Shown here in pieces: positions 24,982 through 37,835 of a stretch of 64,000 bases of DNA. Positions within the stretch are counted from its first letter, which is position 1, and every line of letters starts with the position of its first letter. A program made the position numbers and the translations under genes. The stretch spans positions 332,382,001-332,446,000 of the forward strand of contig OZ024741.1 in NCBI GenBank assembly GCA_964016885.1. The letters run 5' to 3'. The DNA is from Eledone cirrhosa. Its lineage: Eukaryota. The notes under the pieces are model-generated. The model was given only the letters and a program-made list of their open reading frames with translations. It was not told the origin of the DNA and did no database searches.

Positions 24982-25424
24982 TATGTAAAGTGTAGAAAAT
25001 GAAAATTAGTTGAATGAATAGGAGTGTAGTGGTAAGATTTTAGGTAAATATTATTCTAAAATTCTAAAGAAAACCTCATTATTATATAGATGCAATGAAT
25101 GCTAACAATCTCAGGCCAACCAAACTTTCAAGAAATAGACCCCAATAACAATTCTGCAAGTCATAGCCGATGTCTCATCATCTATTGCGCTGTGTTAGTC
25201 TCAGACAAAATTACTGTATTGTTGGTGCCATTTGTCAAAGGTAATTTGCATCTTCAAGACAAAAGAGAGAGATATTTAGAAAAAGAAAGAAAACAAAAAA
25301 TTATATATAATTTTTTTTTTTCTTTCTTTATAGAAGAAAGTAAGGTTCTTTTCATCAAGCAGCAAATATTTCGTTTGTTGTCATCACCAACACCACTATC
25401 ATCATCACCATAGTCATCACCATC

Positions 25425-25850
25425 ATCACTATCATCATCATCGTTCTTTTTATGTCCATCTTTCCATGCTTGCATGGGTTGGATGGGTCTTTACCACCAA
25501 ATCCTCCCCCTCTTGTGTTCCTTCAGTGTTTAGAGATCCACTTTCACCACTTCTGTCCAGGTCTTCCTTGGTCTTCCTCTACTGCAGCTTCCCTCCACTT
25601 GTTATATTCCTTCAACATTTCCACTATGAGGTTCAGTGTTTTGAATCCACTTTCACCACTTCTGTCCAGGTCTTCCTTGGTCTTCCTCTACTGCAGCTTC
25701 CCTCCACTTGTTATGTTCCTTCAACATTTCCACTATGAGGTTCACTGTTTGTGCACATTAACATTCCATATCCATTGAAGTATACTCACTTCATTTCTTT
25801 CCAGTCTTCTTATATCCTCTGAATTTACTGCTCATATTTCACTTTAAACA
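25425..25850 (-). mobile_element. Degenerate RTE 3' fragment with internal ~110-bp tandem duplication
   Basis: Encodes GRPRKTW. The duplicated unit starts at 25536 and 25645, and a (GAT)n tail is present. Confidence 0.7.
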
Positions 25851-27103
25851 ATATAATATTAGTCTCAAGGAATTAACAAATTTATGCATTAGACAAATGG
25901 TCCCCAACCTTTTGTGCATCATGCCCCAACCACATTTCAAAAGTTATGCCTTCTTCCCTTGATATAAAAACAGTGACAATCAACTGTAAAGAGTGTAAAG
26001 AGTGTAGGACAGAACAAAGGTGAGACACAAAATAAAAACCTAGTCACTGAGGAGGTCACAGAATGTGTGACGAAATAGTTTTGACAATATATAAACAACC
26101 ACCCAGTTATCAAACCAACCAACCAACCAACTGGAAATTTATATTAAATTGAAGTGAAAATCAACAGTTGAGTGTGTTTTTAATGACAGCATGACCCTCC
26201 CAAAGTCTCAATATATATATATATATATATATGTGTGTATGTGTGTGATTTAAATAGAAAAGCAGCAGTGACTTCGAAGTTTCAACTTGGTTGCTTCATC
26301 TAACAGCCAGTTGAGGCAACCTAACTAAAGCTTTGATGTCACTGCCACTTTTCTACTTAGAAATATATATTTCTACACTACCAACTTGTATTGTGTGCAC
26401 ATTTAGTAACTGTTTTAATATTTTAAATACTACAGTATTTTAAACACACTTTATTATGTGTATATATATATATATATATATACAAATATATTACACAGAG
26501 AGAAGTGTGTTACACAGTGAGATGTGTGTAAAAAATTATTACATGTGAGTTTAACCATTACTGTATGGAGAACAACACCTACAGGTTAGCAATTAAATAA
26601 AAAAAAATAAGCCAGAATCAAATCTCTGAAGTAGAGTTTTAAATTACTAACCTTATAACTATAAGCTGATACAAATTTAGTTTGTTTCACCACAGAAATG
26701 TCGCAATGTTGCAATTTTCAACTGTTGAAAATAGCAAACTTGACTGTCACCACTGAATATGAACCTGAAGATTGCGAAAGCATGAAAGTACTTGTTCAAT
26801 TAACACTTAACATTTAATATTCTACCATACTATTTCATTATAATATCATTATAATTTTAAAGGATTGTAAATAAAACGAGTAAATCAGACAAAGTTGGAA
26901 TTCCTTTTATTAATATAATCTTCTATACACAATCATACACACCCATGTATATATATATATATATATATTTTTTTTTTCCATTTATCGTTTTCGGTATGCC
27001 CGGCCGACTAACTCACTCGATATGCAAATTAGGCTGCTCAGCCGTTAATATGCATAAGGAAAATATATACTTTCAAACGTTCAATCGATTGACAGGAAGG
27101 TAT

Positions 27104-27146
27104 ATAGTGCTGATGACAGCTAATAAGCTAGAAACTAGTTCATTGT
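27104..27146 (+). ncRNA. Minimal type I hammerhead ribozyme
   Basis: atagtg-CTGATGA-cagct(aata)agcta-GAAA-ctag-TT-cattgt. Stem III is palindromic. Confidence 0.6.
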
Positions 27147-28051
27147 TCCTTTGTCAGTGTTGAACAAAAGGGCAACGATTGTTACTGAACACTGTACGGC
27201 TTAATTCGGGCTGTTTGTTTACAAACAAACCGAACATTATAATAAATGTTCGGTAAACCCATACGTACATATATATATGTCTGCATGTATGTATGTATAT
27301 ACATACTACTGTACGTCTGTATACATATATGTATGTACGTATACACAATTATATTTATATATATATATATAGTTATATTTGGGGATGATCATGTTGCCAG
27401 TAATGCCAATAAAATGAGACAAAAGCACTATATGATTTTTACTATATTTTTATTACTAGTTATTGGTTAGTTCATCAAAGTTCTTTTGTCACACATTCTG
27501 TGACCTCTTCAATGACTATCTGTTCTCTTTTATGCCTCATTTTCTTTCTGCTCATAATCTGCTACTCCATCTCATCTTTATATATGTATACATATATATA
27601 CTGTATATATACATATGTGTGTGTATATATATATATATATATGTGTGTTTGTGTGTGGTTTGTTTGTGTTTATGTTCACTGTTTATTCATGTCCCAAACT
27701 TAGTTGTTTGAGAAATAGAGAATGATAAAAAAGTACCAGATTTGAACAGATATGTACTAGGGCTAATCGTTGAAGGGATTTAGTTCTTTTTCCTACTAAT
27801 AATATTTAGTCTTTCTATTTTTATTTTATTAGTTAACAACAGGGATTTGATATTTTTTATCTAGCCCCCCCCCCCAACACACACACACACCATCACTAGA
27901 GATTTTATCTATAGCCAAACTAAGGGGTTCCTCCGCTTTCTATCAGTTTTTTTTTTATTTAGTTTTACTGTTCTTCTAGATAGGTTGCCTATATGTAGCA
28001 TGCAGAGTCTACATTTTTACCATTTATTAGTTCCATTTAATGTTACAGATA

Positions 28052-28208
28052 CCAGGATAAGCAACGGCCTGATGAGCCTCTGAGCTCGAGACAGACTTTA
28101 ACCCTGTGATGGACTGGCATCCTATCCAGAGGGAATTCTTATACTCACAATTGTTTAATGCCACAGAAACCGGGACCTGATGACCCTCCAGGCTCGGTTA
28201 GACTTTAG
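28052..28208 (+). mobile_element. SINE 3' fragment(s) of another family
   Basis: ccctgtgatggactggcatcc.atccag...atgccacagaaaccggg...cagacttt. The end motif recurs at 59468-59512. Confidence 0.55.
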
Positions 28209-28299
28209 TATTTAACCAGAATTGAGTAATCATTTAAATAACTACTTCAGTTTGTTATAAACGTTTCCTAAGAATCTAGATCTATGTAAATATATCTAT

Positions 28300-28780
28300 G
28301 GATCCGTAGCTCCTGGAGGAATTATAGGTGTGCCATTATGAGCATTTTAAACCTAGCAAACCCCATTCCTATCCAGATTTGGATCCAGCCAATTTCTTAC
28401 AGGAAGGAGAGAGAGAGTGATAAAAAGGTTGTGGAAAAGAGATATAGAGGAAGAATTGACTCTAGTACTGGATTAGAATTTTATATATTAATCGCGAAAG
28501 GATGAAACCCAAAGTTAACCTCAGCTGATTTTGACCTCACAGTGTAGAGAGCTGGACTCAGGGCCGTCTTAATGCATGGGCACGCTGGGGAATTTCCCGG
28601 GGCCCCCACGAGGATAGGGGGCCCATGGTAATCTATGTATGTAGCGACTTGCTGTCAATTGATAAAAACTATACTATACAGTAAGATCTGCCCAGGAGCC
28701 TATAATGCAGTTAAGGTGTACCAGGCTGGACTGAATACTGCAAAGTATTCTATCTGATGTTCTCCCAGCTGTGCCAATTC
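28300..28780 (-). mobile_element. SINE family C (Meta-like core, distinct tail), interrupted by hAT MITE
   Basis: Homologous to 40870-41210 and 59110-59445. Confidence 0.65.
28559..28724. mobile_element. hAT-type MITE with 8-bp TSD
   Basis: gctggact|CAGGGCCGTCTTAA...TTAAGGTGTACCAG|gctggact. Confidence 0.75.
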
Positions 28781-29089
28781 ACAACAAAAAGTGCCCATTC
28801 CACACTGTAAAGTGGTTGTGTAGGTGTCATGACAAAAAGCGCCCAGCTCACACTGTAATTGGTGGGATGATAAAAAGCACCCAATTTGCACTGTAAGTGT
28901 GGTTGGTGTTAGGAAGGGTATCCTGTTGTAGACACCAAACTAGAATCAGTGCTGTATGAGCAAGGTCATCTGATCTGGCTTGTCTGACAATGGGACAACA
29001 CAATGGTGATGATGATGACAAATGTATGACATAATTTCTACTCTATTTTTTTTCATCTCTTCTACAAATTACCCCCCCCCCCACGAAGT

Positions 29090-29375
29090 CGTATGCCTTA
29101 ATAGTTAGTGTTCAGCTCTCGTCTTCAAGGGCGTGAGCTTGATTCTCGGCTGTGTATTTTGTTCTTCAGCAAAACATTATATTCTGCATTGCTCTAGTCC
29201 ACTCAGTTGTACCGGTAATTTCAAGGGCCAGTCGTGTCACACAATGTTATTCTAAGAGATCTACATCAAGGGTACACGTGTCAGTGAAATGCACAGCCAT
29301 TTGTACGTTAATTTCGCGAGCAGGCTGTTGCTTTTCTTTGCTGAGACTAAGTATCCAGAACCGACGGAGGTCCAA
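29090..29375 (+). mobile_element. SINE family D (tRNA + CORE-like + distinct tail), degenerate
   Basis: ttcagcaaaacattatattctgcattgctctagtccactcag core, with tail ...aagggtacacgtgtc...gtacgttaatttcgcgagcaggctg...aaccgacggag. Confidence 0.55.
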
Positions 29376-29849
29376 CACACACACACAATCACAATGAAAG
29401 GATGTAGTGACGCTATACACGAATTGTAAACAAATGTAAGGGAGGTTATTATGTAGTCTTTGTTGGGGGAGAACATACATTACAAATGAAATATCTTGCG
29501 GTATTTATGTCAGACAGAGTTACCTCCCTTTATTTATTAAGTATTTTCCATGCCAAATATTTGTATTATAAATACCAGAATTAAATAAGTATATGAGTTG
29601 ATACAATCGACTAAAAAGTCCGTTAAGACAAAGCGCTAAACGCGACTACAATTTAATGATCGAAATCAATAAATTAATAACTCTTCTGTGCAGCAGAAAC
29701 AGACGACCACTATCTGACTTGTGCAAGTCCTTTTACGTTCTAAGTTCAAATCCTACCAAGATAATCTTTGCCTTTCATCCTTACTAGGTCGATGAAATGC
29801 AGCACCAGTAACGCACTCGAGTCGATTTAATAGACTTTCCCCTCCCTTC

Positions 29850-30035
29850 TTCTTCTCTCATCATCTTGCTCGGGGTCTACTGCTGGGTCTCTTGCCGGTT
29901 GATTTTTATCCGTAAAATATGTCCAATGATTCTTTCCTGAGACATTCTCACCACATGCCCTTAGTATCGAAGCTGTGATCTCTCAATTCGGAGAAGTAGC
30001 GGCTCTACCTGGAGTGACTCTCTGATCTCCGCACT
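29850..30035 (-). mobile_element. RTE-like 3' fragment (second lineage)
   Basis: LQVEPLLLRIERSQLRY*GHVVRMSQER. Related to 40550-40752. Confidence 0.7.
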
Positions 30036-30517
30036 TAGAAATCATTATTATTGTTATTTGCAGTACAGGTATAGCTTCGGACAGCATGCTTTGTGTAATT
30101 GAGTTATAGCCCTTTAGGTCCAGAGCTGAAATCTCGCTGAGGTTAGCTTTACCTTTGATCCTTACGGGGTCGATAAAATAAAGTACCAGTAATGCACTGG
30201 CGTCGATTTAATCGACTTTCCCTTCCCACAAAACTGTTGGCCTTGTGCCTAAGTCAGAAACCACTATTAGTATTACAAGCCTTCGCGCAAGCCTTCGCGC
30301 AGGTGCACTTCGGACCAGACTTGGCGCATGCGCACTTCGGACCAGACTTCGCCTATTATATGTCTATGTATGAATAGATATATTTGTGTGTGTCTGTTAG
30401 ATGTATTATTGCATTTCATGAATTACGAAGAATTTGCAAGTTACTTCAGTCGGGGAGGATTAATAATAACTTCACTAACTTCGGAAGACGATTTGTGTGT
30501 GGTGTGGTATGTATGTG

Positions 30518-30550
<33 letters not shown>

Positions 30551-30627
30551 GTCTCTGCATCTGACATAATTTATATACTACTACATTTATATATATATAA
30601 TTAAATGGGCGTACATCAGTGCTCAAT

Positions 30628-31058
30628 ATAAACTATAATAAAGTAAGAAGCGCGGGACTGCGTACGGTTTATCATTTTTTATCTTCTTAGTAAAATATGT
30701 TCGATTACTTTGAATAAATAATGAATGAATATTACATAATTTATCTACTAAATTTCGTGGCTGTTCATTAAATATATTTTATTACTTATTTAAAGATTCA
30801 CATCTTTAAAATTTTCAAATGTCAACACTTCCGGTTAGCGATCGTTTAAATAAATATTCATATATTTCTGTCACTAATTTTCTCCTAATGCAGTTTATAT
30901 ATAATATCGTCTTTTTTAATGTATCATGGATTACGTTACTTATTACATAAGACAGTGTAACACAGTCTTCGTTCAATTTCTGTGTATATTGTCAATTACG
31001 ATTTTATTCGATCATATATACTTGCGTATAATATCAATATACACACTACACATGCTAG
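30628..31058. repeat. ~430-bp dispersed repeat, inverted relative to 51626-52045
   Basis: Near-identical reverse complement. A shorter inverted partner also lies at 31752-31847. Confidence 0.8.
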
Positions 31059-31584
31059 CAGAAAACCACTCGAAGGAGGGGGGGGGGGTTTGCTAGTTAT
31101 ATTAAATGAGTTTAAAAAAAAAGAGTTAATAAATAAATAAAACGTTATACTTGTTTTACCCTCTCATTTGCAATTAAACCCAACGCTATCATGACTGTAT
31201 GTGTGTTTGTGTAAATGTATATGTGTGAATGTATGTATGTTTGTGTGAAAGTGTGTGCCAATGTATGTGTATTTGTGTGAATTATGTCCGTGAGTGTGTA
31301 TTTTTATAAGTTTGTGTGTGCGCCATTATAGTTATATACTCATAATAGTTATATACTCATACATATAGGTGTATCTATGTGCACACTCATACGCGTCAGT
31401 GTTTAGAAAATCATTATCTCTCTCATCACACACTCTCTCTTTCTATATATATGCTAGTTGAAGTGGTGGTGGTGGCGACGATATACCGGAGGTGCAACTT
31501 TGAAAAGAAGTCAATTTGAAATGATTTATTTTACGAAATTATTTGTTTACGAAATTTAGCACAAATTATGTAATATTAATTCAT

Positions 31585-32260
31585 TTGGCAGTATCGGTAA
31601 AAGGTCGGACGCCATGCTTTGCTGCCCTTTATGGTCTGAGTTCAAATCCCGCCGAGGTTAACTTTGCCTTTCATCCTTACGGGGTCGATAAAATAAAGTA
31701 CCCGTAATACACTGAGATAATTGCTGGCCTTGTGCCAAAAGTAGAAACAATTATTTATTCAAAGTAATCCAACTTATTTTACTAACTGGATTAAAAGAAA
31801 TAAACCGTAAGCAGTCCCGCAGCCCTTGCTTTATTATAGTTTAGATAAGGGCGGTGGAATGGCAGTATAGGTAGAGCGTCAGACATGCTTTGTGATATAT
31901 AGTTACGTTCCTTTAAGTTCTGAGTTCAAATTCCACCGATGTTAGCTTTGCCTTTCATCCTTACGGGGTTAATAAAATAAAGTACCAGTCAAACTCTGGG
32001 GTTGATTTAATTGAGATGTCCTTGTCTCAAAATTGTTGTCCTTTTGCCTAAATAAGAAACCATTATTTCGTAGGATTGGCAGTATCGGTAGAGGGTCTGA
32101 CGCCATGCTTTCCAGCATAGTTATGTCCCTTTACCGTCTGAGTTCAAATCCCGTCGAGGTTAACTTTGCCTTTCATCCTTACGGGGTCGATAAAATAAAG
32201 TACCAGTAATGCACTGAGTAATTGCTGGCCTTGTACCAAAAGTAGTAGAAACAATTATTT
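31585..32260 (+). mobile_element. Cluster of three SINE family A copies
   Basis: Units start at ~31585, ~31848 and ~32073. Confidence 0.85.
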
Positions 32261-33989
32261 CGTAATATAATCTTCGGTTTATACGAAATACAGGGGAGGT
32301 AACTTTTGTTGCCTTCGTCGTGACATTTAATCAACTTGATCAATATTTTATATAAAAACAAAAACTAATGATAAACGAAACGAAAAGGAAGTGTTTTTAA
32401 AATGTTATTATTGTTTTTATGTGTGATTTGTGATTGTAGTCATTATTTCGTGAGGATATTCTCACGTAAGATCCGAGAAACTATTTTGTTATATTGTGGT
32501 AATAGAAGCATGACAAAATATTGTTACACATCGTTGGTAATACGTGTGTTCGTGTCTTAGTTTGTGTGTGTGTGCTGTTGTGTTTGTGTGTTAGTGTATT
32601 TGTGTGTTGTGTGGTTGTGTGTTAGTGTATTTGTGTGTTGTGTTCGTGTGATTGTGTGTTAGTGTTTGTGTGGTTGCGTTCATGTGTGTGTTTTAGTCAT
32701 GTGTGTTTGTGTATATGAGTCTATTAGTATTATTGTATGTATGCCTGTAAAGATTTTCTTTTTACTGTGTGTGTGTGCGCGTACGTGTACCTATGAAGGA
32801 GTCTGAATGCATGTGAGTACTTTTATATGTGTCTGTTTGTATGCATATAAAGATCTTTTGAATGTGTGTGTTTATGCATGTGTGTGTGTGTGTATACAAG
32901 TCTCAGTGCATTTGAATGTATTTGTGTGTGGTTATGTTTATGCATATATGTGTGTGTATATATATAATACCTATATTTTTAAAATGTGTTTGTCTGACAG
33001 TGTGTGTGTTTGTGGTCATAGGTATATGTGTGGGCGTAAGTGTATGGGTTGTCATGTGTGTATGTATGCCTATAAAGAGCTTTGAATGTGTGTGACAATG
33101 TGTGTTTGTGGTCATAGGTATATGTGTGGGTGTAAGTTTATGCATTGATATATATATGTATGTCAATAAAGGGCTTTTGAACGAGAGTGTCTGTGTTAAA
33201 GTGTGATTGTGCATATAGGTGTTTGTGAGTGTAAGCGTATGTATGTGTGTGTGTATGTATGAGTTGTTACGTGTATGTATGCCTATAAAGAGCTATTAAA
33301 TTAGTAATGTGTGTTAATGTTTGTGTTGATATGTTGGTATGTTACTGGGCTGCCTCCTTGTTGCTACTCTGAGTTACACAGAAATTCCTCTTAGACCACA
33401 TAAGTTGTATAACTGAAGAATTTCAATGGTGTAAAGATTTTAGAGAAATAAGCAAACTTTCAATATCATAGCATGAAATGAATTATTATTATTTTAGTTG
33501 GCTGCGGAATACATATTCAATGATCACGGATTAGAGTTCAAACATCAGGGTGTCCATTTTAATGATATACTGCCAACAGCTGAAATAACACAGGAGAATA
33601 CATTTCATATAGTATTCGTTGGTTAGAACTATGCAAATTTCTAACACTGATTTGTAGAATTTGATGAAAGCAGAGAGAGAGAGAAGGAGGAGGAAAAGCA
33701 AGCAGTGTTAATGTGTAAATCCAATATTGAACAGCATGAGTTCTTACATGAAAGATCCTTGGCATTAATAACGTGGCTTGTTAGAATTGTAGGGAAAAAA
33801 GAATATGGTGCTATAACAGAGGTATTTTATCGTGAGGATATTAACAGCATGAGAGAGAAAGGGAAAGAGATCAGTTTGAGAATTAAGAGTGTACAATGGA
33901 TTTCAATAGGTATTTACTTGGTTATTCTACAATATTAGTCATAGAAAATGATACATGAATGGATTGCTTTTACTTAATGAATATACTTG

Positions 33990-34540
33990 AGTGTCTGGTA
34001 GATAAATCACACCTCCATCTTACATACATTTCCAATACACATGTATTTTGAGTTAAGGTTTTTTTATGTCCAGTTTATAAATCACACCTCCATCTTATAG
34101 ACAACACTTACAATGTACCATCTATTTTGAATTGAGGTTTTTAAAGGCCAGTAGATAAGTCAAACATCTGTTTTATATTTAACATTTACAATAAACCATA
34201 TATTTTAAGTTAAGGTTTTGTATGTCCAGTAGTTAAGTCACACCTCCATTTTATATATGACATTTACAATATACCATATATTTTGACATCTTACAGACAA
34301 CATTAAGAATGTACCATATATTTTGAGTTAACATTTTCTAAGTCTAGTAGATAAGTCACACCATTTATATATAACATTTACAATCATCATCATCATCATC
34401 ATCATCGTTTAACGTCCATGTTCCACGTTTGCATATACCATATATTTAGAGTCAAGGTTTTGTCAGTTTAGTAGATAAGTCACACCTCCATTTTACAGAC
34501 ATTTACAATGTAGCACATATTTTGAGCTAATGTTTTGTAA
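33990..34540. repeat. Degenerate ~75-bp tandem repeat (~7 units)
   Basis: agtagataagtcacacctccat...catttacaat..accatatattttgagtt recurs. Confidence 0.75.
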
Positions 34541-35177
34541 GAAAATTCAACAAGCAAAAACACGAGAGAAGAATATAGTACAATGGTGATATATATTGGT
34601 TTAATGTTTGATATAGTAGGAAAATAGTTATAACGTTTCAGACATTGGTCCTTCATTTGTCAGCCTGTAGCTATCGAAGAAGACACTTTTCCCCGAAAAT
34701 GTCATGTGGTGGAATGGTGGTCAAATTGATGTGATTGTGAAGTAAACATATTAATCACACAGCCATGCCTGTGTCTAGATAACTCAGCTCCAATGTTGTT
34801 GTTGTTTTTTGTGATTTTTACAAAAGTAGGATGGGGAAGTTGGCTAAAGATATTTTAATGCCTGAGTGGGTGGATGCTTTACAGCAACTAGCTTAAATCT
34901 CTGCAAGATTGTCTTTGATTTTTCATCCTTCTGGGATCAATAAAGCCAATAAGATATATCAGGGCCTATATGGCTGAGTGGTTAAGATATTGGGGTTGAA
35001 TGAATGTCTTGATTTGAAATATTCACAGAAGATAATGTGTGTTTGGTGAGGAGATCACACTTAATTTCATGTGGTTCATTGCATTCAACTGATAAGAATA
35101 GATATCATATCTTCTGTTAATGTTGCTTGGAAAATATTCTGATCATAACCAAAGAAAATTTACCATCCTCGTTTGTT

Positions 35178-35430
35178 TTAACCCTTTCCTTGCTATATTT
35201 TTATAATGCAAGACACGACCTATGATTTTCATATCATTTTGAAAATTATGAAGAATTTAGAGGGATTTAGTAATATAACTAACTTTTTCACTATTAAGCT
35301 GATGTTTAGAACATAATGTAAGAATAGTTCTTACATAAAATTATCATGAAAGCTTTTTAAAGAAATATATGGATTTTTGTGCTGTAGAACGTGAGACAGT
35401 TTCCAGTAGTTTGGTATGAAAAGGATGAAG
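35178..35430. mobile_element. Old TTAA/CCCTTT-ended MITE family
   Basis: Related segments at ~11215-11444, 35725-36320 (split by an RTE fragment) and ~38400-38600. Confidence 0.45.
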
Positions 35431-35441
35431 ATGGGAGGAAA

Positions 35442-35643
35442 TATGAGGGTCGTCTGAAAAGTTCATAGGCTGACCAAGATACTCTCATGGAATAGCCAAA
35501 TGAGGTTTATTTTTCAACACAGTCCCTGGAAAGAAACAATTCAGTTATTAATAGTATGAGTTGAAATTAATGCATGCAAGATTTCATAGCTCTAGCATCA
35601 ATACTTTATAATCAGCCTATGAACTTTTCAGCGAACTCTTGTA
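35442..35643. mobile_element. Mariner-type MITE (~200 bp, TA TSD)
   Basis: TA-TGAGGGTCGTCTGAAAAGTTCATAGGCTGA...TCAGCCTATGAACTTTTCAGCGAACTCTTG-TA. Copies at 42478-42675 and 61534-61740. Confidence 0.85.
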
Positions 35644-35879
35644 TACCAGTCTCGTTTTTGTAGGGGGTAAATGTGTTTTAGGAGTGTAAAGAAGGGTAGT
35701 TTTGATTATTTTAGTTTCATAACATTAACCCTTTTGATACTAAACTGCCTGAAACATGCTCTCATTCTCTGATCCAAAACTATTTCTTTTAAAGTGTTTC
35801 TCTCATCATAATTTTAAGTAAGAGCTTTTAAGTTATGTTCCAAACACCAGTTTAATAATAAGAAAGTTATCTATCTATC

Positions 35880-36212
35880 TAGGGTGGGTAAAATTCCTGA
35901 GATTCATGGACAAGTTCTCTCCAATGGTCTCTGTCCTTCATCATCGCTGCCTTGTCTTGTGTCTCCAAGAGATCTGTGTCTGTCCTTAGGGTATCAACAT
36001 ATGTCAACCTCGGTCTCCCCTTTTAGTGTGTCCATGTAGGGGCTCCTACAAGAGCACCGAATGCAGTATCAACTCTGAATGTCAGTGAGCATGTCCAACT
36101 AACCTGAGTCTCCTTTGTATTACTTTCGTGCTGACTTGTGGGAGGCTCTCATACAGCTCTGAGTTCTTTATCCGCAGTATATACTGATTAATGTTCAGAG
36201 CCATCCTCAGCT
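35880..36212 (-). mobile_element. RTE-like 3' fragment (third lineage)
   Basis: LRMALNI..NSELYESLPQVSTKVIQRRLRLVGH...RPRLTYVDTLRTDT...DRDHWRELV. Confidence 0.7.
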
Positions 36213-36439
36213 AGTTAGTTATATCATTACTAAATCTTTCCAAATTCTTTAATATTTTAAAATGATTTGAATATCATAGGCTGTGACTTTCATTAGATAT
36301 ATGGTAATGAAACTGTTCATATTATTGTAGTCTTATATCTGCTTTCTCATACTGGTGTGGGTTGAATAGGTCTGTTTCATGATAGTATCTCTCCGTAGGC
36401 AGCACTCCTTTGTCATTTTCTTTGTAAGCTCCAGGATCC

Positions 36440-37100
36440 CAGCTTTAGAGGGAGTCTACATTTTACATCTGGCTTGGGCCTATTATTGGCTTTCGAGGGA
36501 GCCCTATATTTTATACCTGCCTCAAGCATATTATCAGCAATGAAGGGAGCCTTACATTTTATATTTGGCCCTGGCCTATGATCAGCTTTGGAGGGAATCC
36601 TATATTTTACATCTAGCCCAGGCCTATGATCAGCTTTGGAGGGAATCCTATTATTTTACATTTGGCCCAGGTTTATCATCAGTTTTGGATGGAATTCTAT
36701 ATTTTACATTGGCTCAGGCCTATTATCAGCTTTGGAGGGAGCCTATATTTTACATTGGCTCAGGCCTATTATCAGCTTTGGAGGGAGCCTATATTTTACA
36801 TTGGCTCAGGCCTATTATCAGCTTTGGAGGGAGCCTATATTTTACATTGGTTCAGGCCTGTGATCAGCTTTGGAGGGAGCCCATATTTTACATTGGCTCG
36901 GGCCTCTGATCAGCTTTCGAGGGAGCCTATATTTGACATTGGCTTGAGCCTATTATCAGCTTTGGAGGGACCTATATTTTACATTGGCTTGAGCCTATTA
37001 TCAGCTTTGGAGGGACCTATATTTTACATTGGCTTGAGCCTATTATCAGCTTTGGAGGGACCTATATTTTACATTGGCTTGTGCCTATTATCAACTTTGC
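36440..37100. repeat. 46-bp minisatellite, ~14 copies
   Basis: (tattatcagctttggagggagcctatattttacattggctcaggcc)n. Confidence 0.9.
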
Positions 37101-37284
37101 AGAGGTCTGGCAGTTAGGGATTGAGTATTGGTGGGTGAAATTGTAGCTGTTAGTAGCAGATCAATAATGCGGTTGGTGAAGATTATATTGGAGGTATTGA
37201 TGAGAGGAACAATAGATGTGACAGTGTGAAATAAGTATGATGGTAATACTGATAAATTGAAAAAACACATGGGTACAGTGAATT

Positions 37285-37835
37285 AGATGATGACAATAGT
37301 GATGGCAATGATGGGATTGATAGTGACTGATGATGGCGATGATGGTGGTGAAGGTAGTGGAGATGATGGTGATGGCGATGATGGTGATGATAGTGGGGGG
37401 CGAGGTTGATGGTGATAATGGCGATGATGGTGGTCGAGATGATAGTGATGGCGATGATGGAGTTGATAGTGACTGATGATGGTGATAGTGGTGATAGTGA
37501 CTGATGATGGTGATGGTGGTGATGGTGGTTTTGAGAATGGTGGTGATGATGATGGTGGTGATGATGGTGTTGATAATGATGGTGATGGCGGTGATGATGA
37601 TGGTGGTGGTGATGATAGTGATGATAATGAAGGTGTTGATAATGATGGTGATGATGGTGGTGATAATGATGGTGATGGCAGTGATGATGATGGTGATGAT
37701 GGAAATGATAATGATGGTGATGGTGGTGATAGTGGTGCCCAAATGGATTGAACCTGAAACCACAAAGCAAACTTCTTAAAATCCTTAAAGACAACAATGA
37801 TGATAATGATGATGATGCTGCAGCAGCAGCAGCCA
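37285..37835. repeat. (GAT/GGT)n low-complexity tract
   Basis: Directly visible in the sequence. Confidence 0.9.

Noticed and set aside
26251-26360. Imperfect hairpins as pre-miRNAs (also 46835-46939)
   Set aside because: They are more simply decayed MITE-like inverted repeats, and I recognise no mature miRNA sequence.
28070-28100. CTGATGAgcctctgagctcGAGAc as a hammerhead (also 59483)
   Set aside because: It lacks GAAA and stems I/III, and it is the 3' end of a SINE family.
36440-37100. Regular repeat array as a possible CRISPR or coding repeat
   Set aside because: Contiguous 46-bp units with no unique spacers, no cas genes, eukaryotic context, and a unit length not divisible by 3.
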